A stretch of DNA of 64,000 nucleotides from Thermodesulfobacteriota bacterium (GCA_039714675.1 JBDLIV010000001.1:2747-66746); one strand, 5' to 3'. Positions 37,459-47,454 are shown, counted from the stretch's first letter. Notes: a model not told the origin generated them from the sequence alone. Made by a program: numbers and translations.

Positions 37459-40400
37459 TTAAATAAACTTAATTTCTTGTAAACATTCTTTGATAATATT
37501 CCAGGTACGTTCAATATTGTTGTCTAAACCAACAGAATAACGAACTAAACCTTCAGACATTCCCATTTCTTTTTGAACATCTTCAGAAATTTCTGATGAG
37601 GTGCTTTTACCTGAATTACTGAAAAGTGTTTTAAAGTAACCTAAGCTAACCGCAAGATAACCGACGCCGCGTTCCTGCATGATATGCATAAATTTATTAG
37701 CATTTTCAACAGTCTTTAAGTCGATTGCAATCATGCCGCCAAAACCAAAACCTTCATTCATATCCCGCTTCATAATATTATGTTGCTTGTGAGCTTCCAA
37801 TCCAGGGTAATTAACAATTATTTTATGTTCAACAAATTTTTTGGCCAGGAAAGCAGCGTTTTTGCTGTGCTGCTTCATTCTGATATGAAGAGTGAACAAA
37901 TTTTTATGAATACTTGAAGCTCTCATCGGGTCTAAAACAGGACCCAACAGCATTGCAGTACCGTCGTTAACGTCAATAAGTGAATTTATATAATCAGCAG
38001 GCCCTAATATAGCACCAGCTGTACAATCATTTTTACCGTTAATGAATTTTGTCATACTGTAAACAACGATATCAGCACCAAGTTTAATCGGTGAAAAAAT
38101 CATTGGAGTAAATGTATTATCAACAACAAGTTTGGCTCCTGCATTTTTTGCTATTTTCGATAATTCGGGAATATCAGAAATCTGAAGCATCGGATTTGTC
38201 ACTGTTTCAGTGTAAATAACCTTTGTGTTAGGTCGTACAGCTTTTTTTACCTCATCTAAATCAGCAATATTAACAAAGCTTACTTCAATACCATATTGTG
38301 TAACCCAATTTTTAAGGAAAGCGTATGTTCCGCCATAAGTAGTAACACTTGTTACAATATGGTCGCCTGTTTTTAATAACTGCAATAATGCCGATGTAAT
38401 GGCTGCCATACCGGAACCTGTAACCCAGGCAGATTCAGTTCCTTCGATGGCAGCTAAAGCTTTACTTAATTCCAGATTGGTAGGATTCCAGTGACGGGAA
38501 TATAAAAAAGCTTCTTTTTCGCCATGAAAACAATCAAGCATATCGTCGCCCGAGTCAAAAGCATATGTTGCAGAATCTGTAACAGGTTGGTTAACACCAT
38601 TAGTTGCAGGATCAAGGTGCATTGTATCTTGTAAAGTTGATGCAGGGTCTAATTTTATAGATTTATTTTTTATGACAAAATCCAGCCCAAGCTTTTTTAA
38701 AGCTTTCCGGCTCGGAATTCCTGTTTTTGAATCCCAGCCCATGGCTTTGTAATAATCTTGAAGTTGAGTTTCATTGTCCACAGTGACACCTTTTGTTGCA
38801 CCTCCTGATAGCGGTGGATTTCCAAGAACACGAGGAGGTAATTTAAATTTATTCCTGGTATGGATTCCTTCCCTGAGATTAAACATAATCCTTAAAGCAG
38901 CAATCCTTTCCCCGATTTGAAGTATATTCTCCCTGGTCATGTTTTTACCCATAGTAAAAGTTAAAAATTTCCATACAGCCGGGGCAGGCATCATCCATGA
39001 GGCTATCTGGCACATTCCTGATGCATTGATTACATGACCAAAGGCAGACAGATATTTATGTGTTTCCCCTTTCCCTTTATATGTGTACTTATCTTTAATT
39101 GGCGGACATTCAAGTCCTTCAGGCGGAGGATCTCCGTCTTCAGCTCCCCAGGAACCGTCCTGGGTATGTCTGGAAGGCGTAGCATCGGCTTCATAACTTG
39201 CTGCTATGCCTGGAAAACATCTTGGGTCATGCATAGGCAGTTCTTCACCTCCGCATTCCATTGCAAATTCCCGGGCTTTTCCTCCTATAAGTTCAACAGC
39301 TTTTTTAATTCCATCACCAAGAACTTTACCTCCAAAACCATGTCCGCTTGCCATCTGTTCTGTAACAGCAACAATTGCTTCATGATTTCCCCAGGTCAAC
39401 TCTATCCCGCTGGTATCCTCTTTGGTGATAATACCGTTTTCATAGCACTCTATTGCAAATGCAACAGTACTGCCGGCTGAAATGGTATCCATGCCGGCGT
39501 CATTACAAATGTTATTCAAGCGGCAGATGGATTCAAGGTTATCATTGAGACACATGGTTCCGAAAGCACCAAGGGTTTCATATTCCGGTTTATGCCCTTT
39601 CCCGGCATAGGGACCGGTTTCCACCTGAACATGCCCACCGCATGCAATCGGACATCGCCAGCACCCGTAAGGTCGTTTCTGAATCTTTTTAACTGCTTCT
39701 CCGCCGATTTTTTCAAGCCCGGGCATATCTTTATCCCACCCGCTCCAGTTTTTAACGGGAGCATCTCCCTCCAGAACAAGCGGTTCCAACAGAGCAGGTG
39801 TACCATACGTATTGAACAATTTATAAAGTTCATTATCTGATTTAAAATCTTTCAGAATTTTTTGTCGGAGTTTTTTAAGATTTGTCTCGTCAGCTGCTTC
39901 AACATTGCCGCCTGCCATGGCTACCAGGGCTTTGATTTTTTTGGAACCCATTACTGCACCAAGGCCGGACCTGGCAGCAGCCCGGCCCTGGTCAGTAATA
40001 ATAGCGGACAGGAGGGAAGCCCGCTCACCAGCCTGACCAATACAGACTGAATGTGCTTTTTTACCATATTTATTTTTCAGTTTGTCTTCTGTTGCGCAAC
40101 ATCCAAGTCCCCAGTAATCTTTTGCATTCTGCAAAGTAATGTTGCCGTTGTTGATAAGGATATAAACCGGATTTTCAGAAATTCCCGTAAAAAACATACC
40201 ATCAAAACCTGCCTGTTTCAGTGCCGGCCCAAACTGACCGCCGCAATTGGCATCTCCCCACCCCCCGGTCTTTGGAGATTTTCCTACAACAGTAAACCTG
40301 TTGCCTGCCACAGCATTGGTGCCTGTGAGAGGCCCGGTTAAAAATCCAAGGGTGTTTTCAGGCCCTAAAGGATCTGCATCAGCCTGCTGCCGTGTATAGA

Positions 40401-40527
40401 GATAATATGCACCAAGGCCGTAGCCACCGAGATAATCCAGATACAGATTCTCATCCGGCTTTTCGATTGTTACGGTTTTTTGAGTTAAATCCACCCAGGC
40501 AATTTTTTTGAGGACACCTTTTAACAT
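37459..40527 (-). CDS. Fusion: aldehyde:ferredoxin oxidoreductase (aa 1-~618) + PLP-dependent Cys/Met lyase, methionine gamma-lyase-like (aa ~624-1022)
   Basis: AOR motifs KSPKTG, GLGAVMGSKKIKA, CWRCPIAC, EYET, GMDTIS, YYKAMGWD..TGIP. Lyase motifs YSRHWNPT, SGMAAI, VVDNTF, SMTK (PLP Lys), LAVSLG, LVRYSVGL. No stop codon between the halves. Confidence 0.9.
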   Translation of the reverse strand: MLKGVLKKIAWVDLTQKTVTIEKPDENLYLDYLGGYGLGAYYLYTRQQADADPLGPENTLGFLTGPLTGTNAVAGNRFTVVGKSPKTGGWGDANCGGQFGPALKQAGFDGMFFTGISENPVYILINNGNITLQNAKDYWGLGCCATEDKLKNKYGKKAHSVCIGQAGERASLLSAIITDQGRAAARSGLGAVMGSKKIKALVAMAGGNVEAADETNLKKLRQKILKDFKSDNELYKLFNTYGTPALLEPLVLEGDAPVKNWSGWDKDMPGLEKIGGEAVKKIQKRPYGCWRCPIACGGHVQVETGPYAGKGHKPEYETLGAFGTMCLNDNLESICRLNNICNDAGMDTISAGSTVAFAIECYENGIITKEDTSGIELTWGNHEAIVAVTEQMASGHGFGGKVLGDGIKKAVELIGGKAREFAMECGGEELPMHDPRCFPGIAASYEADATPSRHTQDGSWGAEDGDPPPEGLECPPIKDKYTYKGKGETHKYLSAFGHVINASGMCQIASWMMPAPAVWKFLTFTMGKNMTRENILQIGERIAALRIMFNLREGIHTRNKFKLPPRVLGNPPLSGGATKGVTVDNETQLQDYYKAMGWDSKTGIPSRKALKKLGLDFVIKNKSIKLDPASTLQDTMHLDPATNGVNQPVTDSATYAFDSGDDMLDCFHGEKEAFLYSRHWNPTNLELSKALAAIEGTESAWVTGSGMAAITSALLQLLKTGDHIVTSVTTYGGTYAFLKNWVTQYGIEVSFVNIADLDEVKKAVRPNTKVIYTETVTNPMLQISDIPELSKIAKNAGAKLVVDNTFTPMIFSPIKLGADIVVYSMTKFINGKNDCTAGAILGPADYINSLIDVNDGTAMLLGPVLDPMRASSIHKNLFTLHIRMKQHSKNAAFLAKKFVEHKIIVNYPGLEAHKQHNIMKRDMNEGFGFGGMIAIDLKTVENANKFMHIMQERGVGYLAVSLGYFKTLFSNSGKSTSSEISEDVQKEMGMSEGLVRYSVGLDNNIERTWNIIKECLQEIKFI

Positions 40528-40621
40528 TTTAAATATTCCTTTTTATGAAGTTCCTGAATATGGTTATTATTTATTAGGAAAAGAATAATTTTTTCAAAGT
40601 TATTTTGCTTTTCTTTTTTTC

Positions 40622-40655
40622 TTGACATGCTAATACAATAAAATTACAATGTCAA
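40622..40655. promoter_or_regulatory. Paired operator boxes / overlapping divergent promoters
   Basis: TTGACATGCTAA-N10-TTACAATGTCAA. Plus strand TTGACA-17-TACAAT; minus strand TTGACA-17-TAGCAT. Confidence 0.78.
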
Positions 40656-40737
40656 ATAATTTGAGATTCAATTAAAATAACAAGATTAATTTGTTTGAGG
40701 ACAGTGTATTTTAGATAAAATTTTAGCGAGGAACACT

Positions 40738-42252
40738 ATGACAGATTATGATACCATTATTATCGGGGCCGGCAATGGAGGGTTGACTGCTGCACTGACT
40801 CTTGCTCAGGCTGGTTTAAAAACACTGTTGCTGGAACGGCATAATATCCCGGGAGGGTGCGCAACCAGTTTTATTAGGGGTCGTTTTGAATTTGAAGTCG
40901 CACTGCATCAGCTTAGCGGGCTTGGAACCAAAGAGGCTCCGGGAGGATTGCGCCGTATGTTTGAAAACTTCGGAATTTCAGATAAACTCGAATTCGTTCA
41001 GATGGAAAACCTGTACCGGTATGTAATCCCGAAAGGAAGTCAGATTGGCGAACTGGACGTTACTTTACAAGCAGACAGTGCTCAAATGATTAAATCCCTG
41101 CAGGAAAAATTTCCCAAGGAAGCATCAGGTATTAAAAAATTTATTGAACTTCTTGATAACTATGCTCAACAGTGGCTGAGTGTATCCGTTATGGGAGATC
41201 CTGAAGCTTGTAAAGAAAAATATCCTTTGTTCTTTCAATACTATTTAAAATCAACTCAAAGTGTTTTTGAACAATTTTTCAATGATCCGAAACTGATGGG
41301 AGCCCTGGGTGTGTATGCAAGCTATGTAGGAGTCCCGCCTGACGACCTTGCTTTTAATGATTATGCTATCTTGATGTGGGTATATGCAAATTATAAACCT
41401 TGGCATGTAAAAGGAGGTTCTCAAGCAATATCCAATGCTTTGCTTGATGCATATCTTAAAGCTGGCGGCGAGGTTAAATTTAATTGCGGAGCCAAAAAAA
41501 TTCAGGTTTTAAACAATAAAGTTACAGGTGTGGTTACGGAAGATGGAAAAGAATTTTCCAGTAATTTTGTTGTTTCCAATGCCAGTACACTGACTACCTA
41601 CAATGATATGATAGACCCGGAACACGTACCTGAAAGCAAGATGAAAGAGCTGGGATCGCGTAACGTTGGAATATCTGCGACAATTCTTTTCATAGGTTTT
41701 GATTGTGAGCCAGGAGAGATGGACATTCATGAGACCACAAATTTTATTACCACTTCGCCCCAGGGGCTTATGGATTATTCCAAAACTAAATCCCTGACTC
41801 CTCCGGAGGGTATTTTATTTTCATGTTATGATGTGGATGACCCTGATTTTTCCCCCAAAGGTGCCTGTCAGGGGGCCTTGCTATGTGTGTCATATGCTGA
41901 GCCCTGGTTAAATATCCCGGCAGCACAATATCACGAAACCAAGCAGCAATATGCTCAGCACTTGCTGAATCTTTTGTACCGTGCATTTCCAAAATGCAAG
42001 GATCATATAGAGGAAATTGAAGTCTCCACGCCTTTGACTCTCATGAGATATCTTGGGCATCCTGGTGGAGCGATATACGGATTTGAACGCTTTGCCAAAG
42101 ATGATGATATGTTTTTAGATAAGAACTCGCCTGTTGACGGTCTCTACCATGTTGGTGCCTGGGCAGCAGAGGGCGGCTTTCAGCCAACTTACCAGTCAGG
42201 GAATGAAGCGGGACAAACCATACTTAAGTCATTTAAGTATAAGGGGGAATAA
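40738..42252 (+). CDS. FAD-dependent oxidoreductase, phytoene desaturase/retinol saturase-like
   Basis: IIIGAGNGGL, LERHNIPGGCATSF.RG.FEFE, GGSQAIS, TPLT..RY....GAIYG. Confidence 0.85.
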   Translation: MTDYDTIIIGAGNGGLTAALTLAQAGLKTLLLERHNIPGGCATSFIRGRFEFEVALHQLSGLGTKEAPGGLRRMFENFGISDKLEFVQMENLYRYVIPKGSQIGELDVTLQADSAQMIKSLQEKFPKEASGIKKFIELLDNYAQQWLSVSVMGDPEACKEKYPLFFQYYLKSTQSVFEQFFNDPKLMGALGVYASYVGVPPDDLAFNDYAILMWVYANYKPWHVKGGSQAISNALLDAYLKAGGEVKFNCGAKKIQVLNNKVTGVVTEDGKEFSSNFVVSNASTLTTYNDMIDPEHVPESKMKELGSRNVGISATILFIGFDCEPGEMDIHETTNFITTSPQGLMDYSKTKSLTPPEGILFSCYDVDDPDFSPKGACQGALLCVSYAEPWLNIPAAQYHETKQQYAQHLLNLLYRAFPKCKDHIEEIEVSTPLTLMRYLGHPGGAIYGFERFAKDDDMFLDKNSPVDGLYHVGAWAAEGGFQPTYQSGNEAGQTILKSFKYKGE

Positions 42253-43409
42253 TGGAAAACAAAATTCTTGAACAGATCCAGGGATATTCGGAAATTAAAA
42301 AAGAGGTTGAAGTTTTAAAAAAATATCCTGTTCAGCGATCTGCCGAACAAGGGCAGGTGGAACAGATCATTAACCGTCTTCACCCCAAAACATTGAATTT
42401 GAGACTCTCTGAAATATGGCAGGAAACACCATCGACAACTTCTTTGCGTTTTGTATCAGAAGACGGATATCTGCCGCCTTTTCAAGCAGGGCAATATATC
42501 AATATTTTTGTGGATATCAATGGAATAAGAACCAGCCGGCCTTATAGTATTTCATCACAGCCAAACCAGACAGGATATTATGATATCACTGTTAGACGGC
42601 TGGAAGACGGCTTTGTTTCAAGTTATTTGATTGATGAAGCTAAAGTTGGAGAAAGTTTTCAAAGCACCTCTCCTTCAGGGCAGTTTTATTATAATTCACT
42701 GTTTCATGGTGATAATCTTGTGTTTATTGCTGGCGGCAGCGGGATTACGCCTTTTATGAGCATGATCAGGGAAGTGACTGACAAAGATCTGGAACGGCAA
42801 ATTCACCTGATTTACGGCAGCAGAACAGAAGATGATATAGTTTTTAAATCCGAACTGGAAGAACGATCCGGCCGGCACCATAACCTGACTGTCAGCACTG
42901 TTATTTCAGAGCCGTCACAAGGATATAATGGTGTTACAGGTTTTATTACAGCAGATCTCATTAAAGAACTGACAGGCGATATAAAAGACAAGACATTTTA
43001 TGTCTGCGGCCCTGAAGTTATGTATTCATTTGTTCTGGACGAGCTTAACAGGCTTGAAGTTCCAAAAAGACGGATTCGTATTGAAGTATTTGGCCCGCCT
43101 GCAGATGTAATAAAACAACTTGCCTGGCCTGAATCAGTAAAAGAAGATACAATGTTTAAAATTTCATTAAAGAACGGTCAGACCCTTCAGGCTAAAGCAG
43201 GTGAACCCCTTATGAACTCTTTAGAGAGATTTAAGATTACTTTGGAAACTTCCTGCAGGTCAGGTGAATGCAGCCTTTGCAGGACCAGGCTCTTATCAGG
43301 CAAAGTCTTTCATCCCAATGGTGTTAAATTAAGAAAATCGGACCGGACATTTGGCTATATCCACCCATGTATGGCCTATCCCCTGGAAGACCTGGAACTT
43401 TTATTATAG
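42252..43409 (+). CDS. FNR-type FAD/NAD(P) reductase with C-terminal 2Fe-2S domain
   Basis: RPYSISS, GFVS, AGGSGITP, YVCGP, CRSGECSLC...C. Start overlaps the upstream stop (TAATG). Confidence 0.92.
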   Translation: MENKILEQIQGYSEIKKEVEVLKKYPVQRSAEQGQVEQIINRLHPKTLNLRLSEIWQETPSTTSLRFVSEDGYLPPFQAGQYINIFVDINGIRTSRPYSISSQPNQTGYYDITVRRLEDGFVSSYLIDEAKVGESFQSTSPSGQFYYNSLFHGDNLVFIAGGSGITPFMSMIREVTDKDLERQIHLIYGSRTEDDIVFKSELEERSGRHHNLTVSTVISEPSQGYNGVTGFITADLIKELTGDIKDKTFYVCGPEVMYSFVLDELNRLEVPKRRIRIEVFGPPADVIKQLAWPESVKEDTMFKISLKNGQTLQAKAGEPLMNSLERFKITLETSCRSGECSLCRTRLLSGKVFHPNGVKLRKSDRTFGYIHPCMAYPLEDLELLL

Positions 43410-43442
43410 GAAATTTTTAAAACTACAGACTAAGGCAAACCA

Positions 43443-44621
43443 ATGAAATTTGATGTAACAGAAAAAATTATTACCGGCGGAAAAGATGACTTTATGGAAG
43501 TACGCCATATGGTTATGAAAGGATCTAACCGGGAAATCGGCAGACATTTAGCTGGTTATGCCCAACAATACCTGGATTACAAGCTCCGGCCGGCAAGAAA
43601 TCCTCTACATGTCAGGGCAGGACAACGATTTATGTCTTTAAACTGGCCATGCCAGTTTGAGCGTATGAAAGGGAGCGCAGATTTTTTTGGGCACGACATC
43701 ACGACAGACCAGTATGATTTTTCAACCCTGAACTATTTTATTCCAGAGCTGGGATGCTCATGTGTGTTCTATCCAGGCACGATGATGAATGACGGGCACA
43801 ACCGTTTAACCCGCAACTTTGACTTTACAACCGGTTCATTGTCAGGAGCATTCAATATGGAAAATCCTGAAGATGATTCTGTTGCAACTTCCCGTCCCTT
43901 TCTTTTTGAAATATACCCTGAAAAAGGATATCCGTCTTTATTTATGTGTGCTTACGATCTGCTGGGTATAGCACTTGACGGTGTAAATTCGGAAGGGCTT
44001 TCAGTTGCCTTGATGTCTGTTAGTGAAAGTCATCAGAACGGAACTTTCGAGCCCAGGGGATTCCAGGGCGGCGGACTCAATGAAGGCCAGCTCCCGCGTT
44101 TCATTCTGGAGACCTGTGCAACGGCAGAAGAAGCCAGGCTCGCTTTTTTGAGTGTTAATCAATATTATGCATATGATCCGTCTCACTACATTATTGCAGA
44201 CAGTTCCGGTGATGCTTTTGTGTGGGAAATGTCTACAGTAGGAAATACCCCGCATATCATTAATGTAAATGGTGCCCCTCTGCCTGTTACCAATCATCTG
44301 TTGCACCGCACAGATCATATCAGCTCGGAATCAATGGACTGGTCCCTGCACCGCATGGATGTTTTAAAACAATATCTGAATGACCATACAGGCAAATTCA
44401 CGCCAGAGGAAATTCACAAACTTTGTACACAGATAGCCCCGAAAACGCCGGCAGGTCAAGGGCAGTTTAATGCAGCTCCTGATCCCACAAGAACTTTGTG
44501 GACAGCTTGCTATAACCTGGACAAACGAAGTGTTGAGATTGATTTTTACCTTGGTGAAGACGAAGGGTATACCGGAAAAGGAATTCGCAGGTCAAATCCG
44601 GTCTGTGTGGCCTTGTCATAA
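43443..44621 (+). CDS. Ntn hydrolase, C45 (acyl-CoA:6-APA acyltransferase/acylase-like)
   Basis: G|CS autoproteolytic site, RNFDF, DGVNSEGL, HYIIAD, TNH. Confidence 0.8.
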   Translation: MKFDVTEKIITGGKDDFMEVRHMVMKGSNREIGRHLAGYAQQYLDYKLRPARNPLHVRAGQRFMSLNWPCQFERMKGSADFFGHDITTDQYDFSTLNYFIPELGCSCVFYPGTMMNDGHNRLTRNFDFTTGSLSGAFNMENPEDDSVATSRPFLFEIYPEKGYPSLFMCAYDLLGIALDGVNSEGLSVALMSVSESHQNGTFEPRGFQGGGLNEGQLPRFILETCATAEEARLAFLSVNQYYAYDPSHYIIADSSGDAFVWEMSTVGNTPHIINVNGAPLPVTNHLLHRTDHISSESMDWSLHRMDVLKQYLNDHTGKFTPEEIHKLCTQIAPKTPAGQGQFNAAPDPTRTLWTACYNLDKRSVEIDFYLGEDEGYTGKGIRRSNPVCVALS

Positions 44622-44661
44622 AAAAACATCATGAAAAATTTTATTTTAAAAAAGGTCATGA

Positions 44662-45798
44662 ATGAAAACCAGTGAAATGAAGGTAATAACCCTTACCGGG
44701 TCACCATTTGAACAGGGCCGTATTCACGGTGAATTATTAAAAAATCAGGTCAGGGATATCATTGAACGATTTAAGCGCTCAATTGTGCTGGACCGAAGGA
44801 TGGATCCTGAGCTTTATATAAAGGAGTTCCTGGACTATGGACTTTTTGATGATGCAGTACAGCAATGGACCCCGCAGCTGTGGCAGGAGATGAAAGGAAT
44901 TGCTCAAGGGGCGGATGTTGATTTTGATATGATACGGGCTTTGCAATATGGTGATGAAGAGTGGGTGTACGGCCAGTATTACCATAATGCGCCGGCTCCG
45001 CATAAATGTACCTCATTTGCACTTATGCCGCAGTCAGGACATCCTGCCTATGCCGGACAGAACATGGATGCACAGTCGTGGATTGACGGCAGGCAGGTTC
45101 TTTTTCATATAAAAGATGAAAAAAACAGTCTGGAAAGCTTTGTTTTCAGTCATGCCGGATTAACAGGGCTGAACGGAATGAACAGCGCAGGACTTGGCGT
45201 TTGCTGCAACACACTGATACAGCTTGGCTCGTGCCGGGACGGCCTGCCGGTAGGTGCTGTCATGCGTGGTGTTCTTGCATGCAAGACCTTTGAGGAAGCT
45301 TCAAATTTCTTATACAATATCAAGCATGCTTCCGGTCAAAACTATATCGTGTCCACCCGGGACAAAATAGGCTGTTTTGAATGTTCGGCAGATTTTGTTG
45401 TTGAATATAAACCTGCAAGTTATCCCAACCGGGTGTGTCACTCCAATCATCCTTTAACAAACAAAGACACCCAACATTATGATAATCACATCAAAATGCA
45501 TTCTGAGGCAGGAATGCTGACAACAAAGAAAAATTCAAAAGCACGATATGCATCAATTGAAAGACGATTATGTGCCAATAATAATAAAGTAACATTAAAT
45601 GATATAAAAAATGCTTTAAGCAGTTTTGATGATCTAAAAAACCCGGTCTGCCGTGAATTGCAGCCTGATGATCCCCATGGGCTGATTAATTTTACCACTG
45701 GCTCCATGATTTATGAATTTGGAGATGAGCTAAAACTGCATCTTGCATCGGGCCCTCCGAGCATTACTAAATATAAAATATTTAATTTTCAAGGATAA
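44662..45798 (+). CDS. Ntn hydrolase, C45 family (second, divergent copy)
   Basis: G.PFEQG..HG, EMKGIA.GA, K|CTS, GQNMD, GMNSAG, HSNH. Confidence 0.85.
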   Translation: MKTSEMKVITLTGSPFEQGRIHGELLKNQVRDIIERFKRSIVLDRRMDPELYIKEFLDYGLFDDAVQQWTPQLWQEMKGIAQGADVDFDMIRALQYGDEEWVYGQYYHNAPAPHKCTSFALMPQSGHPAYAGQNMDAQSWIDGRQVLFHIKDEKNSLESFVFSHAGLTGLNGMNSAGLGVCCNTLIQLGSCRDGLPVGAVMRGVLACKTFEEASNFLYNIKHASGQNYIVSTRDKIGCFECSADFVVEYKPASYPNRVCHSNHPLTNKDTQHYDNHIKMHSEAGMLTTKKNSKARYASIERRLCANNNKVTLNDIKNALSSFDDLKNPVCRELQPDDPHGLINFTTGSMIYEFGDELKLHLASGPPSITKYKIFNFQG

Positions 45799-45804
45799 AA
45801 ATAT

Positions 45805-46245
45805 ATGTCAAAATATCTCCCGGATACAATACCATTTTTAGAGCCGGTATCAGACAATGAAATGATTTTTTGGGAATATTGCAACAACAAACGTTTAATG
45901 TTCCCTTCATGTGTTAGATGTGGTCTTACAAGCCATCCGTCAGTATCTGTATGCCCCGAATGTCAATCGATAGACTGGGAATGGCATAAAGCGCCGGGAA
46001 CTGTTTTTTTATATACCTATACAATTGCTCATTACGCTGCTGATGAATCTATTATTAACAATGTTCCCTATAATGTTGCTGTTGTGATTTTTCCTCAATC
46101 AGATGATCTGCGTTTTGTAAGCAATATTGTAGATATCGAGCCTGAAGAAATTTTCATTAACATGGAACTTGAATTAATTTGGCAGCCTTTTCAGGATAAT
46201 CGTTTTGTTCCACGATTCAAAAAGAAAATTCAAAAGGGAATTTAA
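45805..46245 (+). CDS. DUF35 Zn-ribbon/OB-fold protein
   Basis: FW, CVRC, CPEC, YTYT, PYNVAVV, RFVSNI. Confidence 0.9.
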   Translation: MSKYLPDTIPFLEPVSDNEMIFWEYCNNKRLMFPSCVRCGLTSHPSVSVCPECQSIDWEWHKAPGTVFLYTYTIAHYAADESIINNVPYNVAVVIFPQSDDLRFVSNIVDIEPEEIFINMELELIWQPFQDNRFVPRFKKKIQKGI

Positions 46246-46246
46246 T

Positions 46247-47425
46247 ATGACAAGTCATGCAAACAAGGCCTGCATTGTTGGAATCGGCCATACAAAATAT
46301 ACACGCTGGGGTGGCATTACAGATAAAAATGAATTTCAGCTTGCCTGCGAAGCCATCAAAAATACAGTTGAAGATTCCGGTCTTGATCTAAAAAAAATTG
46401 ACGGTTTTACCTCCTATTCTGAAGATCGAAATGAGCCTATCCTTCTGCAATGTGCTCTGGGGTTACCAGTACTGCGGTTTTCAGCCATGGTATGGGGCGG
46501 CGGTGGCGGTGGATCATGCGGTTCGGTTGCACTTGCAGCAGCAGCAGTTGAATCAGGACAGGCTGATTATGTTGTTGCTTTCCGGGCTCTTGCCCAGGGA
46601 CAATATGGACGCTACGGGCAGTTAGACCCGGATGGTGAAAGTTTCACCCAGATATACGGTCTGCTTTCACCGGCACAGATGCTGGCATTGCCCATGCGCA
46701 GACATATGCATGAATATGGCACCAAAGCAGAGCATTTTGGTGAAATTGCACTGACATGCCGTGAAAATGCACACCGCAATCCTAATGCTGTGATGGGTGG
46801 ACGTCCTTTGGATATGGATACTTATTTGCAATCCCGAATGATTTCAGATCCATTGCGGCTGTTTGACTGCTGCCAGGAAAATGACGGGGCTGCTGCTGTA
46901 CTGGTAACAACAAGAGAACGAGCTGCTGATCTTAACAGCCGGCCGGTCTTTATTCCTGCTGCTGTCCACGGCGCCGGACAGGGATATGGAATGAGCGGTG
47001 CTCTTGGTGGTCAGAACCCGCCTCTTAAAGAGTATGCATCTTCCGGAGCCGGCGCTGTTGCAAAAGATCTCTATAACCGATCAGGAATTACGCCTGACAA
47101 GATAGATACAGCACAATTTTATGAAAATTTTACAGGCCAGGTGTTAATGGCTATAGAAGATTACGGTTTTTGTGAAAAAGGAGAAGGAGGCCCCTTTGTT
47201 GCCGATGGCAATATTCGCTGGCCCTCGGGCAGCCTGCCCATTAATACCCATGGTGGTCACCTGTCAGAAGCCTATGTCCACGGAATGAACCATGTGATTG
47301 AAGGTGTAAGGCAGATTCGCGGAACTTCTACCTCCCAGGTAGCAGATGCAAAAATATGCCTTGTCACAGGAGGCCCCGGAATAGCACCCACAAGCGCACT
47401 TATTCTATCTAAAGAAAATGACTGA
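46247..47425 (+). CDS. Thiolase-superfamily SCP-x/Ltp2-like protein
   Basis: IVGIG, PLRLFDCCQENDG, FYENF, NTHGGHLSEAYVHG. Start moved to ATG 46247, just after the DUF35 stop. Confidence 0.88.
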   Translation: MTSHANKACIVGIGHTKYTRWGGITDKNEFQLACEAIKNTVEDSGLDLKKIDGFTSYSEDRNEPILLQCALGLPVLRFSAMVWGGGGGGSCGSVALAAAAVESGQADYVVAFRALAQGQYGRYGQLDPDGESFTQIYGLLSPAQMLALPMRRHMHEYGTKAEHFGEIALTCRENAHRNPNAVMGGRPLDMDTYLQSRMISDPLRLFDCCQENDGAAAVLVTTRERAADLNSRPVFIPAAVHGAGQGYGMSGALGGQNPPLKEYASSGAGAVAKDLYNRSGITPDKIDTAQFYENFTGQVLMAIEDYGFCEKGEGGPFVADGNIRWPSGSLPINTHGGHLSEAYVHGMNHVIEGVRQIRGTSTSQVADAKICLVTGGPGIAPTSALILSKEND

Positions 47426-47454
47426 AAAATTAAAATGGATAGAGGAAATATATA

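Noticed and set aside
40738-42252. Carotenoid biosynthesis crtI
   Set aside because: No other crt genes; the family includes many non-carotenoid oxidoreductases.
43443-45798. Penicillin biosynthesis (isopenicillin N acyltransferase)
   Set aside because: No ACV synthetase or IPNS, the context is anaerobic, and the C45 family is broad.
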